DNA from: an uncultured Bacilli bacterium
Lineage (GTDB): Bacteria; Bacillota_I; Bacilli_A; RF39; UBA660
Assembly (NCBI GenBank): GCA_934096315.1
Contig: CAKOLT010000002.1
Coordinates: 4,108-68,107 of the forward strand
Length of the DNA: 64,000 nt
Reading direction: 5' to 3'
In this document: positions 40,826 through 48,918 of the stretch, piece by piece
Layout: every line of letters begins with the position of its first letter
Position numbering within the stretch: position 1 is the first letter of the stretch
Program-made: the position numbers and the translations under genes
The notes under the pieces: generated by a model
What the model saw: the letters and a program-made list of their open reading frames with translations, nothing else
The model's database searches: none
What the model was told of the DNA's origin: nothing

Positions 40826-41830
40826 ATGAACAAAACAGAAGAAAAAACATTAGCCCAAATACTAGAGGACATTGAAAAACAGTTTGGAAAAGGATCAATA
40901 ATGCGTCTAGGAGACAACAAAAAACAAGAGATAGAAGTTTCCCCAACAGGTTCAATTTCCTTAGATTTAGCCTTAGGTGTTGGAGGCTATCCCAAAGGTA
41001 GAATAATTGAAATATATGGTCCAGAATCATCTGGGAAAACAACTATTGCCTTGCACGCCATAGCAGAAGTCCAAAAAAACAATGGTAAAGCCGCATTCAT
41101 AGATGCCGAACACGCACTAGATCCAATATATGCTTCGAATCTAGGAGTAAACACAGATGAATTACTACTATCACAACCAGATACTGGGGAACAAGCATTA
41201 GAAATATGTGATGCCCTCGTAAGAAGTAATGCTCTAGACATAATTGTAATAGATTCTGTTGCAGCCCTAGTACCAAAAGCAGAAATAGAAGGTGAGATGG
41301 GAGACAATCAAGTTGGACTCCAAGCAAGACTCATGAGTAAGGCTCTAAGAAAATTATCCGGAACTATCAATAAAACAAATACAATAGTAATATTTATAAA
41401 TCAATTAAGAGAAAAAGTAGGAATTATGTATGGAAACCCAGAAGTAACAACCGGAGGAAAAGCCTTAAAATACTATTCATCAATTAGATTAGACGTAAGA
41501 AGAGCAGATCAAATAAAAGTAAATACATCAGAAATAATTGGAAATAAAACAAATATTAAGGTAGTAAAAAACAAAGTAGCACCTCCATTTAAGATTGCCA
41601 CCGTAGAAATAATTTATGGAGAAGGCATTTCAACTATTGGAGAAATAATAGATTTATCCGTAAAATATAATATAATAGAAAAAGCAGGAGTATGGTATTC
41701 ATATAAAGCAAATAAAATTGGTCAGGGAAAAGAAAATGCAAAAAGATTCTTAAAAGACAACCCAGAAATTTTAAAAGAAATAGAAAAAAAATTAAGAAAT
41801 AAATTAGGGTTAAATTGCTCAAAAGAGTAA
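40826..41830 (+). CDS. recA: recombinase RecA
   Basis: [23 protein letters not shown] (Walker A), [19 protein letters not shown]. 334 aa, with no intein-sized insertion. Confidence 0.97.
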   Translation: MNKTEEKTLAQILEDIEKQFGKGSIMRLGDNKKQEIEVSPTGSISLDLALGVGGYPKGRIIEIYGPESSGKTTIALHAIAEVQKNNGKAAFIDAEHALDPIYASNLGVNTDELLLSQPDTGEQALEICDALVRSNALDIIVIDSVAALVPKAEIEGEMGDNQVGLQARLMSKALRKLSGTINKTNTIVIFINQLREKVGIMYGNPEVTTGGKALKYYSSIRLDVRRADQIKVNTSEIIGNKTNIKVVKNKVAPPFKIATVEIIYGEGISTIGEIIDLSVKYNIIEKAGVWYSYKANKIGQGKENAKRFLKDNPEILKEIEKKLRNKLGLNCSKE

Positions 41831-41871
41831 CACTAAAATGTAAAATTTTAGTCAATTACCCTCTTTTTTTT
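41823..41871 (+). terminator. terminator after recA (compound hairpin + T8)
   Basis: Inner stem ACTAAAAT / ATTTTAGT. Outer AGAGTAA / TTACCCTCT carries a bulge. Followed by TTTTTTTT. Confidence 0.55.
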
Positions 41872-41880
41872 GAATATGAC

Positions 41881-41909
41881 TTGACAACTCCATCAAATAT
41901 TATTACAAT
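41881..41909 (+). promoter_or_regulatory. sigma-A-like promoter for rny
   Basis: TTGACA (41881-41886), 17-nt spacer, TACAAT (41904-41909). Confidence 0.6.
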
Positions 41910-41956
41910 AAAAATGTAGGCAATTAAAACCTACACTAAAAAGATTGGAGGTACCA

Positions 41957-43510
41957 ATGGATGGTAATATAATCTCCATTATAACGTTTGTTCTTGGACT
42001 AGTAATCGGAGTAGCAGTAATATTAATATATAAAGCAATCCAAACAAAAAAAACAGGAAAAACTGCAGACTCTATTATAGATAAAGCAAAAAAAGAAGCA
42101 GAAAAACATAAAAGAGATACTATATTAGAAACAAAAGAAGAAGTACACAGATTAAAACTTGATTCTGAAAAAGAAATTAAAGAAAAAAAGAACGAAATCA
42201 AAGAATCAGAAGAAAGACTATTACAAAGAGAAAATAATATAGACAGAAGAGATTTAGCAATGCAAAAAAGAGAAACAAACCTAGAAGATAGAGAAAGATC
42301 TCTTTTAAAAAAGCAAGAAGAAATTCAAGAAACAAAAGAAAAAATGGAGGAAATAAAAAGACAAGAATTAGAAGAATTAGAAAAAATAAGTAAACTTACA
42401 GAGGAAGAAGCAAAAAAAGCCATAATGAAAATGGTAGAAGAAAAAACATCCAAAGAAATAGTAGCTTATATTAAAGAAAAAGAGGAAGAAGCAAAATTAG
42501 AAGTAGACACAAAAGCCAAAGAATTACTAATAAGTTGCATGGAAAAATATGCTGCAGACGTAACAAACGAACAAACAGTATCAGTAATTACTTTACCAAA
42601 TGATGAAATGAAAGGAAGAATCATTGGTAGAGAGGGAAGAAATGTAAGAACTATAGAATCAGTAACCGGAGTAGACTTAATAATAGATGATACACCAGAA
42701 GCAATAGTAATATCTAGTTTTGACCCATTAAGAAGAGAGATTGCAAAACTAACATTAGAAACTCTTATTAAAGATGGAAGAATACATCCAACAAGAATAG
42801 AAGAAGTCTATAATAAAATGTGTAATGAAGTAAATCAAAGAATAAAAGAATATGGAAAAAATGCTATATATGAATTAGGAATATCCAAAATGGATCCTAA
42901 ACTAGTAGAAATAGTAGGAAAATTACACTTTAGAAGTAGTTTTGGTCAAAATGCTCTAAATCATTCTATGGAAGTAGCAAACATTTCTGGTATAATAGCA
43001 GGAGAAATTGGAGAAAGAGTAAACTTGGCTAAACGTGCCGGATTACTCCACGACATAGGAAAAGCAATTGACTACGAAATGGAAGGTAGCCATGTCCAGG
43101 TAGGAATGGATATTGCCAAAAAATATGGAGAAGACGAAGTAGTAATAAACTCAATTGCTTCTCACCATGGCGATTATCCAGCAACAAGCATTATAGCAAC
43201 AATCGTAAGTATTGCAGACACATTATCAGCTTCACGCCCTGGGGCAAGAAATGACTCTTCAGACATCTATTTCCAAAGATTAGAAAAACTAGAAAAGATA
43301 GGAAATGACATTCACGGAGTTGAAAAAACCTATGCAATTCAAGCAGGAAGAGAATTAAGAGTAATCGTAAAACCAGAAGAAGTAGATGATCTAACTGCCC
43401 ATCAAATAGCAATAGATATTAAAGAAAAAATAGAATCAGAAATGCAATATCCAGGTACTATTAAAATAACCGTAGTAAGAGAAACAAGGGCAACAGAAGA
43501 GGCTAAATAG
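41957..43510 (+). CDS. rny: ribonuclease Y
   Basis: N-terminal TM helix, long K/E coiled coil, KH domain (GRIIGREGRNVRTIE) and HD domain (LLHDIGKA). ATG 41957 follows GGAGG. Confidence 0.94.
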   Translation: MDGNIISIITFVLGLVIGVAVILIYKAIQTKKTGKTADSIIDKAKKEAEKHKRDTILETKEEVHRLKLDSEKEIKEKKNEIKESEERLLQRENNIDRRDLAMQKRETNLEDRERSLLKKQEEIQETKEKMEEIKRQELEELEKISKLTEEEAKKAIMKMVEEKTSKEIVAYIKEKEEEAKLEVDTKAKELLISCMEKYAADVTNEQTVSVITLPNDEMKGRIIGREGRNVRTIESVTGVDLIIDDTPEAIVISSFDPLRREIAKLTLETLIKDGRIHPTRIEEVYNKMCNEVNQRIKEYGKNAIYELGISKMDPKLVEIVGKLHFRSSFGQNALNHSMEVANISGIIAGEIGERVNLAKRAGLLHDIGKAIDYEMEGSHVQVGMDIAKKYGEDEVVINSIASHHGDYPATSIIATIVSIADTLSASRPGARNDSSDIYFQRLEKLEKIGNDIHGVEKTYAIQAGRELRVIVKPEEVDDLTAHQIAIDIKEKIESEMQYPGTIKITVVRETRATEEAK

Positions 43511-43540
43511 TCTTCTTCTTTTAATTAACAAGGAGGGAAC

Positions 43541-44506
43541 ATGGGATTATTTAATAAAATAAAAAACATATTTAAAGAAGAACCACAACAAACTGAAAAA
43601 TACGAAAAAGGATTAACAAAAACCAGAAAAGAGTTTGTCTCTCAATTAAGTAATTTATCAAAAAAATATAAATTCATAAATGATGATTACTTCGAAGAGT
43701 TAGAAGACATCCTAATAATGTCAGATATAGGAATAAATACAGTAATGAAATTCGTAGACAAACTAAAAGACAGAGTAAAAAGAGAAAAAATAACAGACAC
43801 AGATTACCTAAAAGAAATAATAATAGACGAACTATTAATAATGTATGTTGAAGGAAGTGTAGTAAGCAGTAAAATAAATTATAGTAAAACTTCTCCAACC
43901 GTTATCCTCTTTGTAGGAGTAAATGGTGTAGGCAAAACAACAACAATAGGTAAAATAGCAGATAAATTAAAAAAAGAAGGTAAAAAACCATTATTAGTAG
44001 CGGGTGACACATTTAGAGCAGGGGCAATAGAACAACTAGAAAAATGGGCTGAAAAAATTGATGTCCCTATTGTAACCTCAAACTCAAAAGACCCAGCTAG
44101 CGTAATATATGATGGAATAACAAAAGCCAAACAAGAAGATAGTGATGTTATATTAATAGATACCGCCGGAAGATTACAAAACAAAACAAACTTAATGCAA
44201 GAATTAAGTAAAATAAATAAAGTAATTCAAAAACAAATACCAGACGCTCCCCATGAAACATTATTAGTAATAGATTCAACTACAGGACAAAATGGAATAT
44301 CTCAAGCCAGATCATTTAAAGAAATAACAAATATAACAGGTATTGTATTAACAAAGCTAGATGGTACCGCTAAAGGTGGTATCGTCCTAGGAATAAAAGA
44401 AGAAATAGGAATACCAGTAAAGTTTGTAGGACTTGGAGAAAAAACCGAAGACTTAGAACCATTTGATATAGAAAAATACATTTATGGTCTATTTAAAGAT
44501 CTATAG
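43541..44506 (+). CDS. ftsY: signal recognition particle receptor FtsY
   Basis: GVNGVGKTTTIGK, DTAGRL, TKLDGTAKGG. 321 aa (NG domain with a short N-terminus). Confidence 0.94.
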   Translation: MGLFNKIKNIFKEEPQQTEKYEKGLTKTRKEFVSQLSNLSKKYKFINDDYFEELEDILIMSDIGINTVMKFVDKLKDRVKREKITDTDYLKEIIIDELLIMYVEGSVVSSKINYSKTSPTVILFVGVNGVGKTTTIGKIADKLKKEGKKPLLVAGDTFRAGAIEQLEKWAEKIDVPIVTSNSKDPASVIYDGITKAKQEDSDVILIDTAGRLQNKTNLMQELSKINKVIQKQIPDAPHETLLVIDSTTGQNGISQARSFKEITNITGIVLTKLDGTAKGGIVLGIKEEIGIPVKFVGLGEKTEDLEPFDIEKYIYGLFKDL

Positions 44507-44518
44507 AAAGGATAAAAT

Positions 44519-44779
44519 ATGAACAATAAGGAAACAAAAAAATTAGAAAGGAATATCTGTATATTATTAGGAGTCTTATTTATTATATCCCTAATAGGAA
44601 CCATTAAGACTATGGCACTATTTCCAACAACCCTATTATTACTATCACTTGAATTATTTACCATAGCATACTTTAACAAAAACAATAAAGAAAATAAAAA
44701 TAAAGTGATAATACTATTTACCTTAGGAATCTGTCTAGTAGTCTTTGCAACATTCTATACAGTAATAAAAACAATATAA
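44519..44779 (+). CDS. hypothetical small membrane protein (86 aa, ~3 TM)
   Basis: AAGGA SD. Hydrophobic segments ICILLGVLFIISLIG, LFPTTLLLLSLELFTIAYF and VIILFTLGICLVVFATFY. The stop overlaps the ylxM ATG (TAATG). Confidence 0.5.
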   Translation: MNNKETKKLERNICILLGVLFIISLIGTIKTMALFPTTLLLLSLELFTIAYFNKNNKENKNKVIILFTLGICLVVFATFYTVIKTI

Positions 44780-45084
44780 TGGAAGAAAGAAACAACCTAA
44801 TAATCCTATATGACTATTACCAAGGACTACTAACAAACAAACAAAAACAATATTTTGAACTATACTATTTTGATAATCTATCATTATCAGAAATGTCAGA
44901 AAACTTAAACATAAGTAGAAATGCTATCCATAAAGTATTAAAAAATATTACCAATAAATTAAATTTTTATGAGGAGACACTAAAAATAAAAGCAAAAAGT
45001 GATAAATTAAAAAAAATAACTGCCAGTATTAATGATAAAGAATTACAAGATAAAATAAAAAAAATATATGAGGAGGATATATGA
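44779..45084 (+). CDS. ylxM: YlxM (UPF0122) putative SRP-associated HTH protein
   Basis: LYDYYQGLLTNKQKQYFELYYFDNLSLSEMSENLNISRNAIHKVLKN is the classic YlxM sequence. Confidence 0.87.
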   Translation: MEERNNLIILYDYYQGLLTNKQKQYFELYYFDNLSLSEMSENLNISRNAIHKVLKNITNKLNFYEETLKIKAKSDKLKKITASINDKELQDKIKKIYEEDI

Positions 45085-45248
45085 AAGATAAAGTACCACT
45101 AAATAAATTAAATAAAAACAAAAAGTACTTTTATTATAATCTAAATAAAAGAACTACCGGAGGTTTTGCAGACGCAGCATTTTTATCTTCATTAATACTA
45201 ACAACTGGATTATGGATTATAATCATCACATTCCTAGGAGGTAAATAA
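45081..45248 (+). CDS. hypothetical 55-aa C-tail-anchored membrane peptide; below the ORF-track cutoff
   Basis: The ATG overlaps the ylxM TGA (ATGA), with GGAGG 4 nt upstream. Translation is MKDKVPLNKLNKNKKYFYYNLNKRTTGGFADAAFLSSLILTTGLWIIIITFLGGK*. Its TAA overlaps the next ATG (TAATG). Confidence 0.4.
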   Translation: MKDKVPLNKLNKNKKYFYYNLNKRTTGGFADAAFLSSLILTTGLWIIIITFLGGK

Positions 45249-46162
45249 TGAACAACAACATATTAAATAGATATGCAGACAATCTAACCTTAATAAATTA
45301 CATAACAAACCCAGCTATTGCCAGAGAAAAAGAAATAAAACAAGTAATACTTACGCTCTTAACCCCAGAAAAATCAGCAATTCTAGTAGGTAAACCAGGT
45401 ATAGGTAAGACCGCAATAGTAGAAGGACTTGCCTATAAAATTCAAAGAAACGATGTACCAGATATTTTAAAAGGATATCAAATATATAGAATAAATGTAA
45501 CAGCCCTAGTCGGAGAAATTCAAGGAGAAAACAGAGTATTAAAATTAATTGAAGAACTAAAACAACAAACAAGAATAATACTCTTTATAGATGAAATACA
45601 CACACTAATAGGATCCTCAAACGAAAAAGCCTTAGACCTAGCAAATATGTTTAAAGAAGGATTAAGTAGAGGTAGTATTAAACTAATCGGAGCAACAACC
45701 ACCGCAGAATATGATAGATACATAGTAAGAGATAAAGCCTTCTTAAGAAGATTCGAAAAAATAGAAGTAGAAGAACCAACAAGTGAAATGTGTATACAAA
45801 TATTACTTCAAACATTACCAAAAATAGAAAAACAAACCGGGGTAATATTACCATACACAGAATTTATAAAACAAAAAATAATGACATTCATAGTAAATAT
45901 GACTAGTGAATATAAAAGAGTCTACGAAATATCATCAAGATATCCAGATATAGCCTTAACAATAGTAAGACAAGCATTTTCCAACGCAATGTATGAAAAT
46001 AGCAGAAAAGTAGGATTCAAAAACATATATGATGCAGTAAGAACCACAAAAGCAGTATACCCAGATGTAATAAAAAAAGAATTAGTAAACTTTAAAGAAA
46101 TATTCAAAGACGAATTATTGCAGGAAAATGTCCAAGTAGATCCAGATAATTATCTATCATAA
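45248..46162 (+). CDS. stand-alone AAA+ ATPase resembling the D1 (NBD1) module of ClpA/B/C-Hsp100
   Basis: Walker A GKPGIGKTAIVEGLA, Walker B ILFIDEIHTL, sensor-1 LIGATTTAEY, FLRRFEKIEVEEP. No N-domain, M-domain or D2. The KYRGEFE pore-loop position reads EIQGENR. Confidence 0.8.
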   Translation: MNNNILNRYADNLTLINYITNPAIAREKEIKQVILTLLTPEKSAILVGKPGIGKTAIVEGLAYKIQRNDVPDILKGYQIYRINVTALVGEIQGENRVLKLIEELKQQTRIILFIDEIHTLIGSSNEKALDLANMFKEGLSRGSIKLIGATTTAEYDRYIVRDKAFLRRFEKIEVEEPTSEMCIQILLQTLPKIEKQTGVILPYTEFIKQKIMTFIVNMTSEYKRVYEISSRYPDIALTIVRQAFSNAMYENSRKVGFKNIYDAVRTTKAVYPDVIKKELVNFKEIFKDELLQENVQVDPDNYLS

Positions 46163-46195
46163 AAAAATAAGCATTTTAAGTAATGCTTATTTTTT
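46163..46195. terminator. bidirectional intrinsic terminator between convergent genes
   Basis: AATAAGCATT (46166-46175) pairs with AATGCTTATT (46182-46191), a perfect 10-bp stem. It is flanked by an A-run and a T-run and contains the stop codon of the minus-strand gene. Confidence 0.75.
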
Positions 46196-46450
46196 ATCTT
46201 CCTCAGTCATATCACTATAGTTTATAGTAAACACTCCAAGAAGAGCAGTTTTTAACTTATCATCATTAACAACCTCTACATACTCTTCCCCGCCATCATT
46301 AATACATTTGAAAAACAAATGATTATCAGAAGGCTTATCATCCTTATCAATCTCAGTTGCAAGAAAATATCTATTACCCTCAAATAAAGAATCATCAAGT
46401 AGTAAATATTCTTTATTATTATCAAGTTTAATTATATTATTAACATTCAT
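46187..46450 (-). CDS. small acidic protein, possibly DUF1292-like
   Basis: 87 aa. The layout (short beta-like N-terminus, ...GNRYFLATEID..., acidic centre, EEYVEVVNDDKL..., acidic tail) resembles DUF1292/YrzB-type proteins. The assignment is weak. Confidence 0.4.
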   Translation of the reverse strand: MNVNNIIKLDNNKEYLLLDDSLFEGNRYFLATEIDKDDKPSDNHLFFKCINDGGEEYVEVVNDDKLKTALLGVFTINYSDMTEEDKK

Positions 46451-46468
46451 ACTATAATAACACCCTTT

Positions 46469-47998
46469 CTATTTTCCTCTTCCCATCTTTTTATCAAGTT
46501 CTTCTAAATCTTCTTGAGCACTACTTGCAAGCTCAGTATAAGGATCATTTGTACCTCTACCATTATATACATTTTTTAATGGCTCAGTTTTTAAAGCTTC
46601 CTCAACAGTATCACTAACTTCCTCTTTAGTCTCTTCCTCAGAAACATCTATATGTGCTCCATGACCACCAGATTTCATCAAATCATCCCAGTGAGGATCC
46701 TTTTCAGTAAGCGGAGTCTTTGGAGAATAAGGTTTATCAGTATCTACAAGTAGATCTGGTCCTCCATCAGAAGTCTTAGACCTATCTTCATCACGTTCTT
46801 CTTCATAATCCTCTTCATCATCATAATAATAATCATCTCTATTTCTCTTTAGCCCACTAATGAAACCTTTAACTTTACTACCAAAACCTCTTAATCCTTG
46901 GAATGAAGTCTTATCTTCACTAGAACTTTCTTGTAAAGTTGCATCCTTATTTAGTGCTAGTTTATTATGGACTGCATTAGCAATACTATAAGCACTAACT
47001 CCAGCAGCAGCTGAAACAGCACTAACTAAAGCACCCTTACCTAATATTGCACCTGCTCCAAAAGTCCAAACACCAGTTTTAGCAGCATATGTTGCTCCAA
47101 TAATATTACCAAGAGCAACATTATTAGCATGTAGTGCATTCATAAGACCAATATTACCAACTTCTTTAGCAATCCACCAGTTAACAGAATTAGTAGCCAT
47201 AAGTGTAGGAATCACACCAGCTGCAAGAGTAAATACTGTAGCTGCAATAGCAGCAAGAGCTATACCAATAATAATCTGTCTTTTATGTTTATTTAACCAA
47301 TTACATACTCTACTACCAGTAACTTTCATTCTTCCACTAGTCTTATCAGCATCATCAGTTTTTCCACTATCTACTTTTGGACTCTCTTCTGGAACATTAT
47401 CCCTAATCTCACTCTTATCCTCATCTCTAGTCTCATCTTTAGTAGCTTCGTCACCCTTAGCAGGCCCATCATCATGTTTGCTGTCCTTTTCGCTTTCAGT
47501 TTTAGAACTTAGTAATTCCTTAGTCTCCTCTAAATTCTTAATCATAGCATTAATCTCCCCAACTACTTCTCCATATTTACTAGTAGGAAGTTCTGGAAGA
47601 TCTGGAAAATCTTCCTTTAAAGTTTGACCATAAATACTACGTTGTAAAGATTGTAAATAACTGATAACATCATCAAAATTATTACCCTTACCCTTAATAC
47701 TCTCCTTAACAGCAGTTAAGAAAGTCTTAGCTTTTTCATCATTTATTTTATTTTTTTCTTCACGAGCCTCTTTCTCTTTTCTTGAAATAAACTCACCATA
47801 CTTATAATTCTCAAGTCTTTTTGCAATTTCACGAGATTCTTCAGGAAGTAATCCCACGCTATTTAAAGAAACACTATCCATATGATTATCATAATACATA
47901 ATCATAGACTCAATATAATTAGAAGCAACCTCGTAACGCATATTATTAGCTTTTTCAATAACATTATTAACAATATCGTTAATTCTTTCAGTATTCAT
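46469..47998 (-). CDS. hypothetical membrane protein (509 aa) with acidic low-complexity arms
   Basis: AAGGAGG SD. TM helix at aa 241-267 (QIIIGIALAAIAATVFTLAAGVIPTLMA). Gly/Ala-rich hydrophobic block at aa ~280-345. D/E/K-rich stretches at aa ~165-225 and ~385-509 (DDYYYDDEEDYEEERDEDR). Confidence 0.6.
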   Translation of the reverse strand: MNTERINDIVNNVIEKANNMRYEVASNYIESMIMYYDNHMDSVSLNSVGLLPEESREIAKRLENYKYGEFISRKEKEAREEKNKINDEKAKTFLTAVKESIKGKGNNFDDVISYLQSLQRSIYGQTLKEDFPDLPELPTSKYGEVVGEINAMIKNLEETKELLSSKTESEKDSKHDDGPAKGDEATKDETRDEDKSEIRDNVPEESPKVDSGKTDDADKTSGRMKVTGSRVCNWLNKHKRQIIIGIALAAIAATVFTLAAGVIPTLMATNSVNWWIAKEVGNIGLMNALHANNVALGNIIGATYAAKTGVWTFGAGAILGKGALVSAVSAAAGVSAYSIANAVHNKLALNKDATLQESSSEDKTSFQGLRGFGSKVKGFISGLKRNRDDYYYDDEEDYEEERDEDRSKTSDGGPDLLVDTDKPYSPKTPLTEKDPHWDDLMKSGGHGAHIDVSEEETKEEVSDTVEEALKTEPLKNVYNGRGTNDPYTELASSAQEDLEELDKKMGRGK

Positions 47999-48018
47999 AT
48001 ATACCTCCTTCTAACAAA

Positions 48019-48047
48019 ATAATAACATATTTCGTACTAAAAGTCAA
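48019..48047 (-). promoter_or_regulatory. sigma-A-like promoter for the 509-aa gene
   Basis: On the minus strand: TTGACT (48047-48042), 17-nt spacer, TGT-TATTAT (TATTAT at 48024-48019). Confidence 0.55.
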
Positions 48048-48050
48048 TTT

Positions 48051-48077
48051 TTTTAAAAAGGAACTATAAAAGTTCCT
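48051..48077 (-). terminator. intrinsic terminator after the 227-aa gene
   Basis: AGGAACT (48059-48065) pairs with AGTTCCT (48071-48077). On the minus strand the hairpin is followed by TTTTT. Confidence 0.65.
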
Positions 48078-48089
48078 CCTGTAAAAATA

Positions 48090-48773
48090 TTAGTGACTTA
48101 TAACTCTTCCTTTTTTTGATATATCATTAGAAACAGTCATTTTTTCATCAATTTCTCTTTGAGATAACATTGTAGAATCAGCAACCTCACAAGCTACTCT
48201 TAACGCAATATCCATATCTTTAATAAGTTTTTTATCCTTAAGACCATTAAATAAACAGTACTCTAAAGTATCAAGACCATTTCTGAAATTATCAAGTAAC
48301 CACTGATTATTAAAATCATCTCTAAAGTTATAAGTAAAGTCAATTGAACTACCATCAATTATTAGTCCAGCACTCTTTTCAGTATTCTTATCATTAGAAT
48401 ATGGAGCTTTTTTACCATCACGGTAAAATGCACTATTAAAAGTAGCCAAAAAGATAACTGAATAAAATACTCTATAATCTACTAATAAATCTCTAGGATT
48501 CTTACCAGCAAATTCTTCTACTTTATAATCGCAAGGTTTTGAAGCTAAATAAGCAACATTACCAGTTTTCATGAAATTACGTAGTGCACTTACACAAACC
48601 ATGGTAGAAAAAAGTTTTTCCATAGAAGTTAAAGCATAATTAATTGCCTCACCATTATAAATAATCTCACTAAACTTACCCTTACCTACAGTAGCATCAT
48701 TATCATTAGAAGAATACCAATTAGGCACCATATAAGATTTAATAGAATCAGCAAACATAGTTCTTTGTGTCAT
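48090..48773 (-). CDS. hypothetical soluble protein (227 aa), no family recognised
   Basis: Strong SD (GAGAGGGGGTGGAAG), its own consensus promoter and its own terminator. No TM helix or signal peptide seen. Confidence 0.6.
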   Translation of the reverse strand: MTQRTMFADSIKSYMVPNWYSSNDNDATVGKGKFSEIIYNGEAINYALTSMEKLFSTMVCVSALRNFMKTGNVAYLASKPCDYKVEEFAGKNPRDLLVDYRVFYSVIFLATFNSAFYRDGKKAPYSNDKNTEKSAGLIIDGSSIDFTYNFRDDFNNQWLLDNFRNGLDTLEYCLFNGLKDKKLIKDMDIALRVACEVADSTMLSQREIDEKMTVSNDISKKGRVISH

Positions 48774-48805
48774 ATTCTTCCACCCCCTCTCAACAAACTA
48801 ACCAA

Positions 48806-48834
48806 ATTATACCACAAAATACTACAATTGTCAA
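48806..48834 (-). promoter_or_regulatory. perfect consensus sigma-A promoter with extended -10
   Basis: On the minus strand: TTGACA (48834-48829), 17-nt spacer, TGG-TATAAT (TATAAT at 48811-48806). Confidence 0.7.
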
Positions 48835-48918
48835 CAAAAAATGCAAACAAACATTTTATTAAATAATATTAACCTATTTCAAATAGTGGAATATACTATT
48901 ATGAAGTAAGGAGGAATA

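Noticed and set aside
40826-41830. Checked RecA, RpoB, RpoC, LysS and other conserved proteins for inteins, introns or large insertions.
   Set aside because: Lengths and motif spacing are normal. The only atypical extension is the acidic tail of RpoB, reported separately.
48774-48918. Looked for a TPP (THI-box) riboswitch upstream of the NMT1/THI5-like ABC importer.
   Set aside because: There is no CUGAGA / ACCUGAUCUGGAUAAUGCCAGCG-like core. The spacer is fully accounted for by two divergent promoters and SDs.
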